A stretch of DNA of 49,019 nt. It comes from Bigelowiella natans CCMP2755 (Eukaryota > Protista > Cercozoa). Of the stretch, positions 1 through 14,271 are shown piece by piece. Each line of letters opens with the position of its first letter. The first letter of the stretch is position 1. The stretch is taken from positions 1-49,019 of the forward strand of contig ADNK01000986.1 of the NCBI GenBank assembly GCA_000320545.1, given 5' to 3'. Both the position numbers and the translations under genes were made by a program. The notes under the pieces were generated by a model that was not told the origin of the DNA, did no database searches, and saw only the letters and a program-made list of their open reading frames with translations.

Positions 1-49
1 CAGTAGCTTGATGCTACATCCCGCCCCTGCAACGGTAGAGTGACGCTAC

Positions 50-793
50 CTTACGAAGTCGTCTTTCCAAGAGCCCTGTGTGTGTTTGTTTTGCGTAAGT
101 CAGCACTTCGTCCAAACGTTCTTCCCAAATTCTTCCACCCACGCGCGAATTCGCATCAAGCGACACATGCAAATGCCAAAAAGTCCTGGAAACTCAACAA
201 CCCCCGTGGAGAAGAAACATGAATTTCATCACACTGCACCCCCCCCCCCTCCCCCGACAAACATTGTTCGCCTGCTGCACGCACAGCAGCTAGTATCGAC
301 TGCAAACACAACCAACTACCTTTTGGTTGGCGCTGAATGTGCAATTATCCGTACCGACACAATCCATTGCCCCTGCCAACAAGCATAGTCGCACTGAGTG
401 TGTGTGTGCATTAGAAGTAGCAGCAGTGCGTAGATCATCTATCTCCGGCTGCTGTTTCAAGCTGTCTTGAATATCAGTGATAGGCCGTTACCAGATTTGA
501 GCGCCTCTGCAAGGTAAAGCTTGGTGGAAGGATCCTCACGGAGTGGAGGAGACATTACATACCCCGCAGCGTGTCTTTGATGGCGTTGAAACAACAACAA
601 CAATAACAACAACAATTGCATATATATATATATATATATATAAATATTATTGATTTATGGTTTTACAAGTTATATAATCGATCTAATCTAGACCTCCAAT
701 CAGGATGGTAGTATTCTCTTCCATCGCATGCCAAGGCAACGGCTAGAGGCTCTCCGTAAACGTTGATTCCTGCATGAAATATACATATATTTC

Positions 794-833
<40 letters not shown>

Positions 834-1601
834 TATATAAGCTCACTCTAATCAAAGTAAGTAGCGTTACAAACGGAAAGATAAATAAATGGAAGAAACG
901 GCTACTCCCCCCCCCCCCCCCCCCCTTATTATTTCTTTCCCCCTCTTAGACAAACCTTTAGCTTTGGCCCTCTCCACCTCCTGGGGGGCCGATTTCGACA
1001 TGACGTGGACAACAAAGAGAGGTACATTCACCTGATGATGATGATGATGATGATGATCTTGGTCTTGATGATGATGATAAAAAGGATGATTATAGCCCTA
1101 ACATTGAAGAAAAAAAAGAAGATGATGATGATGATGATGTTGGAGAAGATGGGAGTGGGGAAATTTGTGTGTGTGCTCTCTCTCCCTGCCCCATACCTGG
1201 TCAGCCATTGCAATAGCCCGGTGCGTGGCCTCGGCCTCGGTCGCCTTGATTCGTGTGATTGATGTGATGAACAGTAGAAGAAGAAGGAGGAGGAGAAAAA
1301 GCAGCAGCAGCAGCAGCAGGACAATGTAATTTTAAAAAGTTTAAATGAAAAATATCGATCTGTTGTCAACGCTGTTGTCAGTGGTGTGGCAAAACGTGAT
1401 TGCGGGGGGGGAAGGGGGGGGGGGGGGGGGGGGGGTCAACCCCCTTTTTCCCTGAGTGTTTATGGAGGCCCCGGGGCTTTGACATCGGGTGTCCTTCAGG
1501 ACCATAGATCCCGTTGGAAATCATACTCTATGTTCGCACGGCCAAAACACCAGCCAAAGTAAATCTTCACTGTTGATTGCTGCGGGTGCGGGTGCTAATG
1601 G

Positions 1602-1643
<42 letters not shown>

Positions 1644-4470
1644 CAAAGAAAAAGCACACAATCACTCACTTCTTGGCCATCATCAACCATATCGCCATTC
1701 TCCGCATGAACCTACAGTAGAGAAGGACGGCGGTGGTGTACGGAAGGAGGGGGTTTATTTATAGCAGTTGTCCGCTGCTGCTGCTGCTGTCGCAAACGCC
1801 TCAGGAAACACAATCGTCACCGCAAAGCGTAGCAGAGAGAAGAGAAAGCAAACACAAGGAGAGTTGTTACGGATATGGGGACGAGATATTGCACACTATA
1901 TAGCAGTGGGGGGCGACTTTGTGCAAGAAACGACGGTCACAAGAGTTGTGATAGATTCTCTTCGTGAGTACCAACCACGTTGTTATACCTGAGCCAGTAC
2001 TCCAAGCTCTTTGCACCTACGAAACACCTGCGAACACGACCATTGGAATCACCGTCATCGTCAATATTATTATCGCCGTTACTCATCATCATCAGCAACA
2101 GCATCATTAATCATCAGCAGTATCATCATTAATCATTATCATCATCATCAGCAGCAGCAGCAGCAGGTTGTCGCTCGTACTCTACCCCCCTCCAAGTGGC
2201 TTTATTGAACAAAAAATGCGGAAGTTATCAGAGAGCAGGGGAGAAGACACAGAGCCAATTTTCCCGTTGTTGCTGCTTTGTCGATGATTGCTTGATTCCC
2301 ACCTTAAGGAGCTCATCGTCGTACATTCGCAACACTCCGTTGTATGCGAGGAAGAACTTGTAAGACGTAACCTGTCCGCAAATATACGCAGCAGGGCGTC
2401 GATTATTGATAGTGAGAATCATGATGATGATGATGATGATGATGATGATGGTGATGATGGTGGTGATGGTAGTGGCCACTTAGCAGCTTGATTAGGATCC
2501 TCTGGTAGTCTTTTGCACGTTTTTTCGTCGTGTGTTACAGAAGAAAATAGTCGCTGCTGACTCTCCGTATATTGTACGCTACAGCACTGCTTGCGTGTCA
2601 CCCACAGCAGCAGCAGCAGCAGGGGCATGTTGTCGTAAGGTAAGGACTACAAACAATGTGCAGAAAAGCGACAGACAACGACGACGACAAGACGATGACG
2701 ATAACGGCAGCGCCTGACCCCATATTCCTTGGCGAGAGTTCCCATCTCTTCCAACACCTGATCACCGAACCACGTAACGGCCATGTGGAATCCGATGTCG
2801 CAGTTAATCTTGGGGACGGCCTGTCGTACACGTTGCGCGGTGTATCACATCGTAGTTAACTTCGCGCCCGGGAGAACAAGAAGAATAAGAAGCAGGAGAA
2901 GGCGGGGAGGAAGGAGAAGAACTCATAGCGCTGGGATGATGTTCGTATTTATGGCTATTGTCGATGAGCTTAGCGTGGAGGTGGGCGTCGTGTAGTCGCG
3001 TCGTTGACCGACCTTGCGTTCCCATTCTTTGTATGCTTCCACCAGGCTCTGGCCTGAATTGAGCCACCAGAAGTATAATAATAACAATAATAATAATAAT
3101 AATAATAATGATAATAATAATGATAAAAGTAATTCTAATCGGATGTGTGGAATGATGAATGGCTGCCAGGTGTACATATGGTGATGGGTACGACTACTCA
3201 TAGCAACCATGCTAGCTAGTGGTGAAACAGGTTCTTCCTCTTTGCTAGTGCAACATCGTCATCACCTCTCCCAGGGATAACGAAGTCGAGCAAGCAGGTA
3301 GTTCCTAAGTTGGTCAATTATATGAAAGATTGATGCTGCTCCTGCTGCTACTGATGATGATGATGATGTTGGTAGTCGTGGTGGTGGCGGTGGTGGCGAT
3401 GATGAAAGATGCCCAATGCTATTCTGCTCTGTCGCTTTGCCCATTTCCTTCCCTTCTTTGCCTCAACACAAACACACACACACACACAGACGCGCGCGCA
3501 CACTTACATACACATACACACGCTCCACTATCGCATTTCTGCCAGTCTCACCTCCTGCTACAGCAGCCGTGGTACCTATGTGAAGCACCAAGGAAGGAAT
3601 TTAGACGGCAGTGGCCAGATAGTAGTACAAATCGAACATCGCATATGTGAAAAGCCGTGGCCTGCTTCTACATGCGGCCTCGATCAGCTCATCATCCACA
3701 CAAGCACGAGGCGTTAGCGATAGAGGAAGGTTGTTGATTGATACCGTAGTGAAAGTCGTCGATCGATACCGTCCCCATAAAAGGCATCTTACATATATGG
3801 CCGATGAAGAACAACAGCACGTCAGCAACGTGAAACTGATGGCGCCATAGATTCAGTTCTCTCGCCGACATGTAGTCATACATCAGAGCTTGGTATGGAG
3901 GAAACGAAGCATACATGATGATGGACTTTCCACCTCCATATGCGTATGTGTATCAATGCCGCCCGGAATAACGTAGCGACCTAATTGTCAGTACCATTCA
4001 ATCATCATTTCGAGTTATGTTTACGGGACATATTTCAGCCCCTATTCAGCGTCGCCGGTTACCTGTTGCATCGATTTCCCTTGTATTTGAGGGAAGCTCG
4101 TCTTGCAAAACTGACCCAACTTTCTTGATCACCCCCTGATGGAGTTATGGCTTGGTTAGTTACGGGTGTATCGCCACCCTTGCATTCATCCCGCGCCCTG
4201 CAAGTGTCATCACTTGGTTTTCGCCGTCCCCGCTATGTCCCTTCCTCCAGCTAGCTAGCATACCTTGTCGGTGAGAACATCAGCTTGGAACATTCCATCA
4301 TGATTAACTACCAACCCATTTCTGTGGTGGTGGTGGTGGAAGCATAACATAGATGCGAAAGAGGAGGCAAAGTGGAGTGGCAAACAGAAGTGAATTTGTG
4401 TTAGGAGAGAGCGGGGGGGGGGGGGGATAGATAGATATGTAGGTAGGTATGTATGTAGGTAGGTAGTAGC

Positions 4471-4502
<32 letters not shown>

Positions 4503-4659
4503 TAGTGGTAGCAGTTTTAGTCGCGTGAAATGTTAAGAAAGTAGATGTGAAGCACGACAGAAACTTGATGGCTGTTGCTCTTTTGCTGCTACCGAATCCA
4601 CAGAGGAGGGGCTTTTTCCCAATCTCTTTCCGAAGGAGATGAAAATCCACGGCTACCAT
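50..4659 (-). CDS. DPYS: Dihydropyrimidinase (D-hydantoinase, amidohydrolase superfamily); ~18 exons in window, 3' end beyond window start
   Basis: Phase-consistent exons give MVAVDF..AIK|NGLVVNHDGMFQADVLTDK|GVIKKVG..IDATG|RYVIPGGIDTHTHME|MPFMGTVSIDDFHYG|TTAAVAGG|TTCLLDFVIP..|AVPKINCDIGFHMAVTW..|VTSYKFFLAYNG..|VFRRCKELGVLAQ|VHAENGD..|..GPEGHPMS|ATEAEATHRAI..|VNVPLFVVHVMSKSA..|INVYGEPLA..|HAAGYVMSPPLREDP..|AMDCVGTDNCTFSANQK. All metal ligands are present (DTHTH, carbamylated K in SYKF, VHAE, VVHV, TDNC). Exons at 50-75 and ~1440-1545 look error-containing. Confidence 0.95.
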
Positions 4660-5323
4660 TGATGTTGGTGATTACGCCGTTGTATCGGGCTTTGCGCGCA
4701 TTTCGCGAGAGCAGTCGTCGAACGCTGCCATTGGCCCAAGACAACACATTTACACACAATACTTAGGAAGAAAACCGAATCGTAACACGCCTCTCGCAAT
4801 GTGCGGGTGCGTTGCGGGCGGGGAGGACCTTAGCATTGGGATGGCTTCCTATTCGCTTGATCGTAGACACGAAGTGTGAGCAGGTGGTGGGGAGCAACGG
4901 TGGCGTCCTGAGATATGTTGCAAATGGGCAACGGTGGTATGCCCGATACCCCTCTTCCTGGGAGTTTCGTGGAGATTTCTCCGGGGGATCTCTCCTGAAT
5001 TCGAGCTGGGAGTTTCGTGGATATTTCTCTGGCGATCTCTCATGAACTCGAGCTGCGATTACCGGAGAACATCGGCCCGGAAGAACCCAGGCTAGGGGCG
5101 CTAGTCAGCCGTGCACTTCTTGGGTCGGTTACGAGGTCGGTTACAGTACAGTGAGATTCCGCCCTTGGTAGATCTACTGTAGATTCTAGATCTATCTACG
5201 AGCAGATTCTTTCCCTTGGCGAAGGACTCCCCCCAACGCCGAACGATGGACGCCTAACTTTGATCAGACATTCTTCGACCGGTTCCTCCTGTTGAGATTC
5301 TCTCGAGCAGAGCTCTCTGCATC
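4660..5323. promoter_or_regulatory. Putative bidirectional promoter between DPYS and the receptor-RBR gene
   Basis: 664 bp between head-to-head ATGs and free of microsatellites. Contains a 48/47-bp tandem duplication, a GGTCGGTTAC direct repeat (5123-5132, 5135-5144) and the palindrome GTAGATCTAC (5168-5177). Confidence 0.5.
4958..5052. repeat. Imperfect 48/47-bp tandem duplication
   Basis: ctgggagtttcgtggagatttctccgggggatctctcctgaattcgag (4958-5005) followed by ctgggagtttcgtggatatttctctggcgatctctcatgaactcgag (5006-5052). Confidence 0.85.
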
Positions 5324-6948
5324 ATGGGATTCAATCCCAAATTGAGTTTTGGCTTGGCAAGAACGGCTCCCACCTTCGTTCATTTTCTTGTTCTTCTGGT
5401 CCAGATAACTCCCCTGGTGGGAGCAAGCGTATCCTCGACGAATTTCACAACGCTGTTGCGGCTAGAGGTCGACGACACTTTACGATTCGATATTAAATTC
5501 CGAGGCTTGCAAAGGTAGTTTGAGTGTCGGCCATTTTTGTAGCCTCTCCTTTATTCAGAAAAGTTCTCCCTCTCACCATAGGCTGGCAGAAACTTCGACG
5601 GCGACTTTCGAATTTGACCTTAATCCCAATGGGATTCATACACTCCCACCGTTGACAAGTCGTCTGGAGAACATTGGGCCGGTGCTAGCTGCCGTCATCA
5701 TCAAACCTCTGTCCTATTGCAGTACCAACCCATGTGCCAGCACTGTTCGGATATATGGCATCGAGGTACGAAGAGATGATATTCATAGTGGTGGCAGGGA
5801 ATTTAGCTAGGAGATGGTAGTTGGAACTTTGGGACGCAGACAGACGAAAACAATGTGAATGCTAACCGCCTGCACGCACTTGTTTAAGCGAAGAAAGCTG
5901 ATGTAAATTGGTACTGCACGATTTATTCTCCTTTCTCCAGGTAACTTATCAACAGAAAAAATACTTTTCGAACTTCGACCGTGCAGTAGGGATTCTAGCA
6001 ACACTAAACGCAGAGAACCTTTTCAACGTCACTGTGTTGGATCCAGCGACGACATTTGCGCCTACACATCAAAACACAATCCAGCCAACCGTTACTACAT
6101 CTCCGTCTTCAACTCCAACTTCGTATGAACCAATCTCAAATTAACTTATATAGTTATTTATGTGTGTGTGTGTGTGTGTGTGTGTGTGACTGCATAATGT
6201 TTGTGTTGGTTTGTCAATAGTTTATAAAAACACGTAATGTGTACGTGTTTTTAAAATGCCTACAAATTCCACGCCACTACTCTACCTCTCGTCAAAAGCA
6301 AACTTGACTTTCAAGTGAGAATTGATCTATATATACTTTTTCACTCAGCCATCCGAGCACCATAGGACCGGTTCAGACTAGGCTTCGTCTCGCAGATGGG
6401 GGGGCTGACTACGGGCGACTCGAGGTGTTTTACAACGGTGCTTGGGGAACCGTGTGCGATGATGCTTTCTCCAGCCAGGATGCTCGTGTCGCCTGCAGGG
6501 AGTTGGGCTATTCCAGGTGATGATTCCCACCACTATCTCTGGTGTCTTCTGCTGTCATGAACATTCTTTACTACTGGAATAGTGCTAAGATTGCCTGCAT
6601 GACCGAATCTGCGATGGTCTCGTTGTTCTCCCTCTCCCTCCTCCTCTTACCATTGATATAGTGGGACGTATTGCGCACGTGCGTGCTACGGGCGCGGGTC
6701 CGGTCCTATCCACATCGACGATCTTCGGTGTACAGGATCCGAAAGCTCCATTTTTGATTGCACAGGGCGGTTCGGAAGCCACAACTGCAATCATGGAGAG
6801 GACGTGGGACTGGATTGTTCAGGTTCTACTGGGACGAGATATCCAACCCGCTATCCTTCAAAATATCCTACTTCCTACCCAACGAAATTCCCGCAAACGT
6901 AAGTATGACCTTCAGAAGAAGTCAAAGTGTCTCTGAACGTTCATGGCC

Positions 6949-6990
<42 letters not shown>

Positions 6991-8577
6991 GACATACTTT
7001 TCCGTTTTCCAGCCGACCGACGAGTTATCCGACATTCGCTGGGTATGTTGGAGAAGGCTTTCCCACATCCGAATACAACGGCCCAAGAACAGGATACCCA
7101 ACTTTCTTTGTTGAGAGAACCAGTGCAACGCGCTTTCCTACCCCCTACCCTGGCGTGACAAGCCGGCCTTCATCGGGGTATCCTACGGTAATGAGAATAT
7201 GCTGCTGTTCCTATGCGCTTGTGGTGAGCAGAAGTGTGAGTTAGCCCATTCTTGTTACCATCGAAGTTGTTCCCTATCCCATCGTCTTCTTCCCTCCCTC
7301 TGCTTGTTGCTGATGTTGTTGTTGTTGTAGAAATACCCGACTGGGTTCTGCCCAACACGGTACCCAACACGGTACCCAACACGGTACCCAACGCTGTACC
7401 CGACATCCTATCCAACTCGTTACCCAACCCGATATCCGACACCGTTTGGAGGTTTGCCTTGCCAGCAGAATTGAACCTGATTTGTTGTACTGCATGTATG
7501 ATATGAACACACATCCCCCCCTCCCCCCTCTCCTTTACAGCTTCATCGAGACCGTCTGTATCTCCCACCGGTTATCCGACCCGATATCCTAGCCCATATC
7601 CGACTTCGTGGCCTACCCACTTCCCAACACGTAACTAGATACAAAGATGCAAGTTTACAGTCACCAGGGGAGGAGGAGGAGGAGGAGGAGGGGGGGGGGG
7701 GGGGGGGGAGGGGAGGAGGAGAAAGCACGTGTAGAAAGACAGTGTTTAGTTGAAAAATAACAAGAGGATTATCATATGAGCGAGATACTTTGAGGAATGA
7801 CTGCTTTGCTGAATCAATCAGCAAAGAGGACATAGCTGCTTGCTTGGAACAATATGCATGAAAATACACCGCACCAATAAACGGTCTGAACCCTACGTTG
7901 CAGCATTCCCCACCACAAATTCTCCAACTCCGAAACCCAGTTTAACGTCGGAATCAGTAAACTTCACGGCCCCTTCAAATGGCGGTAAAATCCCTGTCCA
8001 GCAGGTAGGTTTCTGATGACAACGCCATTGACGACGACGATGATAATAAATACTACTATTATTAACAAATGCTCTTGCACCTATATCTTGCTAGGCTTGG
8101 ATATATTCCTTCTCTGCCTCATCGCCGTCGTCGCATGCTTCTTCTTCTTCTTCTTCTTCTTCTTCTTCTTCATCATCATCATTGAGAACGTGGAGAGAAG
8201 TAGCGAGTTGTGCGCTTGGTCTTGGCCAGTGTGCGGTCGTAGGGCCGACACGAGATCCATTCATTCAGCTGGATTTAGGTGAGATATTGCACTGTGCACT
8301 AGAAACAAGTCAAACTTATAATAAATCGTAACCCATGATAACGAGGGGATATGCTTCTAGTCCCCCTCCTTCCCTTCGCTTGTTATCGCTTTTCCTGAAA
8401 TGCGCTGGTGCTGGCATCGTCATTGCAACAATCACTTAGGTCACTACCGTTTCGTCGAGAAGGTGGTGCTGATATTCGCTAACGGTGGAAGTATCAATCG
8501 CCTCACGGCACGCTTGGGAACTGCAATGGGGTTTTCACCTGATGAAGGGGTCCTCGCGACTTTCGCCTGCTACTTTC

Positions 8578-8615
<38 letters not shown>

Positions 8616-8987
8616 GACTGATGAGGCAAACATGTACATATTCCATGTGTACGAGTTACATACGTATTCTCACTATAAGACGCACGATATGCTAAAATAA
8701 CAGGTTTCCTGTGACCCATTCTCCCCCATCGCCGCTGCCCGCACCGAGAGTATGTGCCGTGGTTTTGCGCGATATTTGACTATCGTCAAAAACGGCGCGA
8801 AGAGGGCGATTCCTGCCATATCATCCATCACCGTTCTTGGGGCTGAAAAGCCGATTCAAATCATCAATGTCACTTCTGCTTGTAATATCCCCGACACTGG
8901 TAGGAATTTTCCTTTGATTCTCGTCTTTGCGAGAGGGGGGGAAGAGATAGATGGGGAGAGAAAGAGAGAGAAAGAGAGAGAGAGAGA

Positions 8988-9019
<32 letters not shown>

Positions 9020-12000
9020 GTGTGTGACAGAATAATCAACATTATCTCATTGATGACATGGATATATGCTAAGACGATCCTCTTGTTATTTGTTCCTTAT
9101 CCACATTAATTTATTCTTTTTTTCTACATTCACAGCTGCCCCCTCTTCCGCCCCAACGGTTACCCAGAGTCCGAGTGCAAATCCGAGCACTTCACCGTCC
9201 TCTGCTCCGACCACATTGACGCCTTCCCTGAGCCCTAGCGCGTCTCCTATCAATGGATCTTTGGTTTGTGTTTGCTAATTATTTGTCACTTTTATAGTTA
9301 CGTTCGTGCAGCACAGATATGTGCTCTGAACCTTTCATAATCTTCCGTCACATTGTGATAGAAAAGCTTGCTTCCAACCCTACCGCGTACCCACTTCTCC
9401 CACTAGGTATCATCGTCGCCGTCAACCATTGTGCCCTCGCAATGCCCCTCCTCTGGGACAGCTAGCCCCACAAACAGCCCGGTTGTGATGGTAGCACCTG
9501 GCCGAACGTATGGCAGATGCAGGAATGCGACGTCCAGCAAGTAATTACTCGTGTGTCATCTCTTCGTTGATCCGCATCTTATCGCGCAACAGCTGACGTA
9601 TTCATTCTCGTCCTCGACTCCCTGCTCCACCTTTTTCCTCCTTATCTGCCCACCCCCCTTATTACCACATGCCTACTCAGCGAATGCTGCAGTCTCAGTC
9701 AGGGTATAGATGATGAATGCTTCCCGGCGGCATCTGGTGGGACATTTTCCAGCGGGTTAGTCCTCGATAGCATACGATACATGCCATACTTCTATGGACG
9801 TTTTGCTGAAACTCGCTTCTTCACCTTTCCATGATCTTGCGTTCTCTTACTTACACGTAGCTTCTCCTGCGAGCCGTTCTCTTTCATTAAAGGCGTCACC
9901 GAGCCATTCGCCTCGTGCGGAACCGCGGAAGACTACTTCAAGGCATCGTGTGAATCTAGGAGATCCTGCATCTTGTCTGTTAACGCAACCGAATTCAGGG
10001 ATGATGCCGAACAATGCGCTGCAAAGGGCGGCTCGCATAGCAACAGATTCACTCTTAGGTATGATTTGTAGTAGTAATGGCGCTTATACGGGGGAGTTTC
10101 CTTATAATAATGCAACTTAATTCCTTGTTTTCCTCGACCACGCCTCCTTACCCTCAGGTATACTTGCAAAGGCGATATATTGCCACGAAGTGTAATTTTT
10201 GAGGACGGGCAAACTGTCAAGATCGACTGTGAAAACGCCCCCTTCGATGCTTACTTCCTGCGGCAGCCCTCTTCTTGCCACTGCATGAGATTGAACAACA
10301 ATAATACCTACACAACCTCCACAGTAAGTCAGAATGGCGGCGCGGTCGCGATGGCACGCCAAGACTGCGCGCGGGAGTGCTTTGGAAACCGAAGCTGCTT
10401 TGGCTATGAGTATTCCGAGATCAACGGGACCTGTGCCTTGATGCTGGATTTTATGCCTGAATGTGCAGTCTCGTGCTCCAACCAGTACCTCCTCTCTCTG
10501 CAGTCAGTATATTATTCAACATAGCATAACGACGGCGACAATAAAAATAGCGATAGCGCCGCCGGCCACGCACGACAAACACATTCACGTACGAGGGAGT
10601 GCTTCTTTTTATTCTCGCCTCTATCTGCCAAACTTTTGACATGTTAAATTAACATATGGAATCGCTTGCCCTCCACCTCGAATGTTGTCTTAAGAGGATG
10701 AATGTGGGGCGTGGGAGGTGGGGAAGAATGATATAAATGTGAAAAACTTTGACGTTAAAAAAAGGTTCAACGTTTTGGCGGCCTCAAAGTTGCAGATCTC
10801 TGCGTTCCCGGTGAGCACTTCCGCCACCTCCTCGACGGCTGAGCTTGGTGCGATTTGTGGCGATCTCGGCGCAACCTTTAAATCATTCAATGTCGCGTTC
10901 GAAGATGATTCCGCAAAAAGCTGCGTGCGTCACATTCCCAGTGCCAACAGTAACAACAGCGCCGGCACCGTCATGCCCCTGGCCACAACCACCAGCCGGT
11001 GCGGCCCCGAGGCGTCGCGTGTGTGTGTGTTGAATGGAACCGCGACTGAGGTCGGGTTCGTCGGAGCTCTGACCACGGCTTTCTCGTCCGAAGTCGTTCC
11101 CCCAGGCAGCAACAGTGCACGCTACTTCGCAGCCCTTTCAGACCTCATTGCCAACGCAACGATGGCTTCAGCGAGCCCGTGCGATGTGGTGGTGGTGCTT
11201 GCTCCTTATGGCGGCAATCGAACCCAGGGGGATTTCGTTCCAAGCACTGCTGAGGCCACACGCTTGGGCGAGTGGGTGGGGGCAGGAGGACGGCTGGTTC
11301 TTGCAGGAAATCTCACACGCCTTAGACCCCTCTTCCAAGCAACATTCTCTAACAAAAGGTGCTAGCAATAGAAGAAACCGCGACAAAATCGTAGCAGTAG
11401 TCAGGAGAGCATGAGAAGGAGAGACCCCAAAAAAAGTAATAGAGCGAGATTATCCTGATTTACTGATAACGATGCCTGATATACCGGATGTATACCAGCT
11501 TTTCCGAGGAGATCGTGCCCTCTTCAGAAGCCATTGCCACTGCTTCTGTGACTCATGCTGCGCTTCTTTCGAAGTACACTGCACTCGGATCTTTGCGTTG
11601 GATATCGCCACAGACAATGGCCATCTCTACCTCCAGTCTTCCTATTGGGTTCGTCTTTCATTGCTACTGTTCCTTACGTACAACTATATTTAATGTCTAG
11701 CATTTTGCCATTAATGCCTTTTTCTCCCCTCACGATGTCCCAACGCAGATACAAAAGGGTCTTCTATCGATACGGTGAGTCGTGGGTGGCAACAGGTACT
11801 TATCTCAATAGATCTCACCCGTGAAACAACAATCGAAGCGCCAAGCACGCAACGCACACAGACACATCTACCTGCAGGTGTGGAGGGCTATGGCGACGTT
11901 TCCTTCTTCGGTGCCGACTTTTCAGCGCCGGGTTTCGTGAACAGCTCGGACCCCAGCCACAGAGCGTGGGCGCTCGCGCTCTCCGCGTTGATCTTCCGTG

Positions 12001-12572
12001 GCAAGATTAAACTCATTTCCTGCCATTCTCCGACCCAACGCTTCACCCTCTCGAAGGGATTTCGACGAGACATCGCCTCGCGAACGATCTCCGGGTGTCA
12101 AAACCGCGCAGCAACAGCCATGTGTGGAACCGGCGGGAGTCCAGGTATTACCGCCGTCAGCGTAGTGTCGGCCGACTTGGGAAGACTACGACGAGATACG
12201 TGTCCGTGCAGTACTCAAGCCAGCGAGCCATCGTGCTACAAATCCTCCTCCGCAGATGCGCCATGTGTGGGGCTGCAAGGGGCCCTTACACAACACTACA
12301 GGTGTCACGTAGAACCACACTGTCATGCGCGTGTTCGCACCCTTGGAATCGAGAGTGTCGATGTTGATGTGCTGCAGAGAAACATTACACGGCTGCTGCT
12401 CCTGCTGCTACTACTTGCCCTGCCGCCGCTGACTCTATATACTTCAGGAACGGAGAGTGCAGAGTTGGATCATCTTGCACTCTGTATCAACAGCTCGACA
12501 ACATGGGAAGACTTCCGTTCCTGTCCTATGTAAGCCCTCTACGCTCGCAGCCATATACATCCATGCAGACAA

Positions 12573-12608
<36 letters not shown>

Positions 12609-12694
12609 GCAAAAAAAAAACGAACACGAGAACATCGTGAAACCTGTACTTACGGTATCCTTATTAACACTATTCTCACTGTCTCTCTCTCACT

Positions 12695-12734
<40 letters not shown>

Positions 12735-14219
12735 CCTCCCTACCCTTATTTAACCAGCCCGACGCCTCCCAACAAGTAAGACTTACCGGAGGAGGCGGCA
12801 GCGGCAATTATGCTGGTACTGCGCAGATACGGAGGGGGCCGCACGAAGCTTGGGGGCACATATGCGATGATCACTTTGACGACAGAGAAGCTCGAGTCAT
12901 CTGCCGTATGTTGGGATTGAGTGGCGGGACTGCTTATTCAAACAATAGATATGGCAGAGGTCGGGTATAAGCAATGATTTTTCGTGATTGTTGCGAAATA
13001 GCGCTCATCTACCACCCATCCCATCTACACCGAATCTAACCCCCCCCCCCCCCCCCTCCCTCTCTCTTTCTTTCTTCTGCTCTATGCATAATAAATGACT
13101 ACTTCGATCATCAGTTTACCTCTTCTTCTCTTTCTAACCTTCCCCTCCGCCTTTCCCTCTCCTTTCTGCGCAGACTTAAGTCCGATAATAGCCGATGACT
13201 TGCGGTGCACAGGGACTGAATATTCCATCTTCGACTGTGATGGGAGATGGGGATCCCATAATTGCGGTTTTAACGAGGTGGCAGGCGTGGCATGCGAATC
13301 CGGCGGATCCTTCGCTCCGACAAGCAGTCCGACGACTGGCCAGCTTCCTCAGGTCTCTTTGCACTTAAATATAATCTAAATATGCTTCGATCTCGGGGTG
13401 CTAGGCTGGTGGGCTCGGAGCCGGGAAGGATACTATCGTCTTACAAAAAGTTTCTTCTTGCACATACATACATACATACATAGACCGAAACCGCTCTCGA
13501 GATTCCTCGGTCATACAGATCCATTACGTGCCCGGGTAGCGACGTCTACTCTCTTCTTACATACCAGTGCAACGCAGAATTGGGGAGGGGCAACGGCTTC
13601 TCAAGCGCAAAACCTCTACTTCCCCCACTTTCCTTCGGCCTCTACACAGTAGCACTTGCTTCCAACAACATGGTGAAGGAAAAATCCTTTGTTTTAGAGA
13701 GCAAGTGATAGATCGGGAGGAATATGACCAACAACGATCTTCCTGCGCCTTACGTTTTCTCTCTTCCTCTTTCTCTCCCTTCCTCCCTCTTTTTTCCTCT
13801 CTCTTTCCCCTCTTACAATGTATACTCACAAAATCGTCTCATATCGTTGCATCTACCCAGCAAATCGTGGCACGTTTCTGCGGGCCACGTGGATTCCGAG
13901 ACGGGCTGGTGAGATCTCGCGCCATCTCCTCCACGGAAGGAAGCTCGCAGTGCATGAACGGCTTTAAATTCTCCAAGGTTGATATCCAGGGCCAGCGTCG
14001 TAGCCTCTCGTGCACTCGCATCCAGAAGTACGGAAGGATTTTCCTGTCAAAATGCCTTCAGCTATGCGAGGCCGAGTCAAGCTGTGTCTTCGTCGGATCT
14101 CATCTCGATGACAAGCGGGTTGGTGGTGATAGAATTGCTGGAATAAGTGCTCTCGATTGCCTTTTCTCCTCTCTCCCCTATCTCCTACTCTAATGTCTGC
14201 GTTTGTGTTTTTGTGTTTC

Positions 14220-14271
<52 letters not shown>

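Noticed and set aside
5582-6030. PLAT/LH2-like domain at the receptor N-terminus (ENIGPV..IYGIEV..YF)
   Set aside because: The resemblance is too weak to call by eye.
7351-7398. Regular short direct repeats resembling a CRISPR array or minisatellite element
   Set aside because: These are 12-bp units with no spacers that encode PTRY inside an exon, and the context is eukaryotic.
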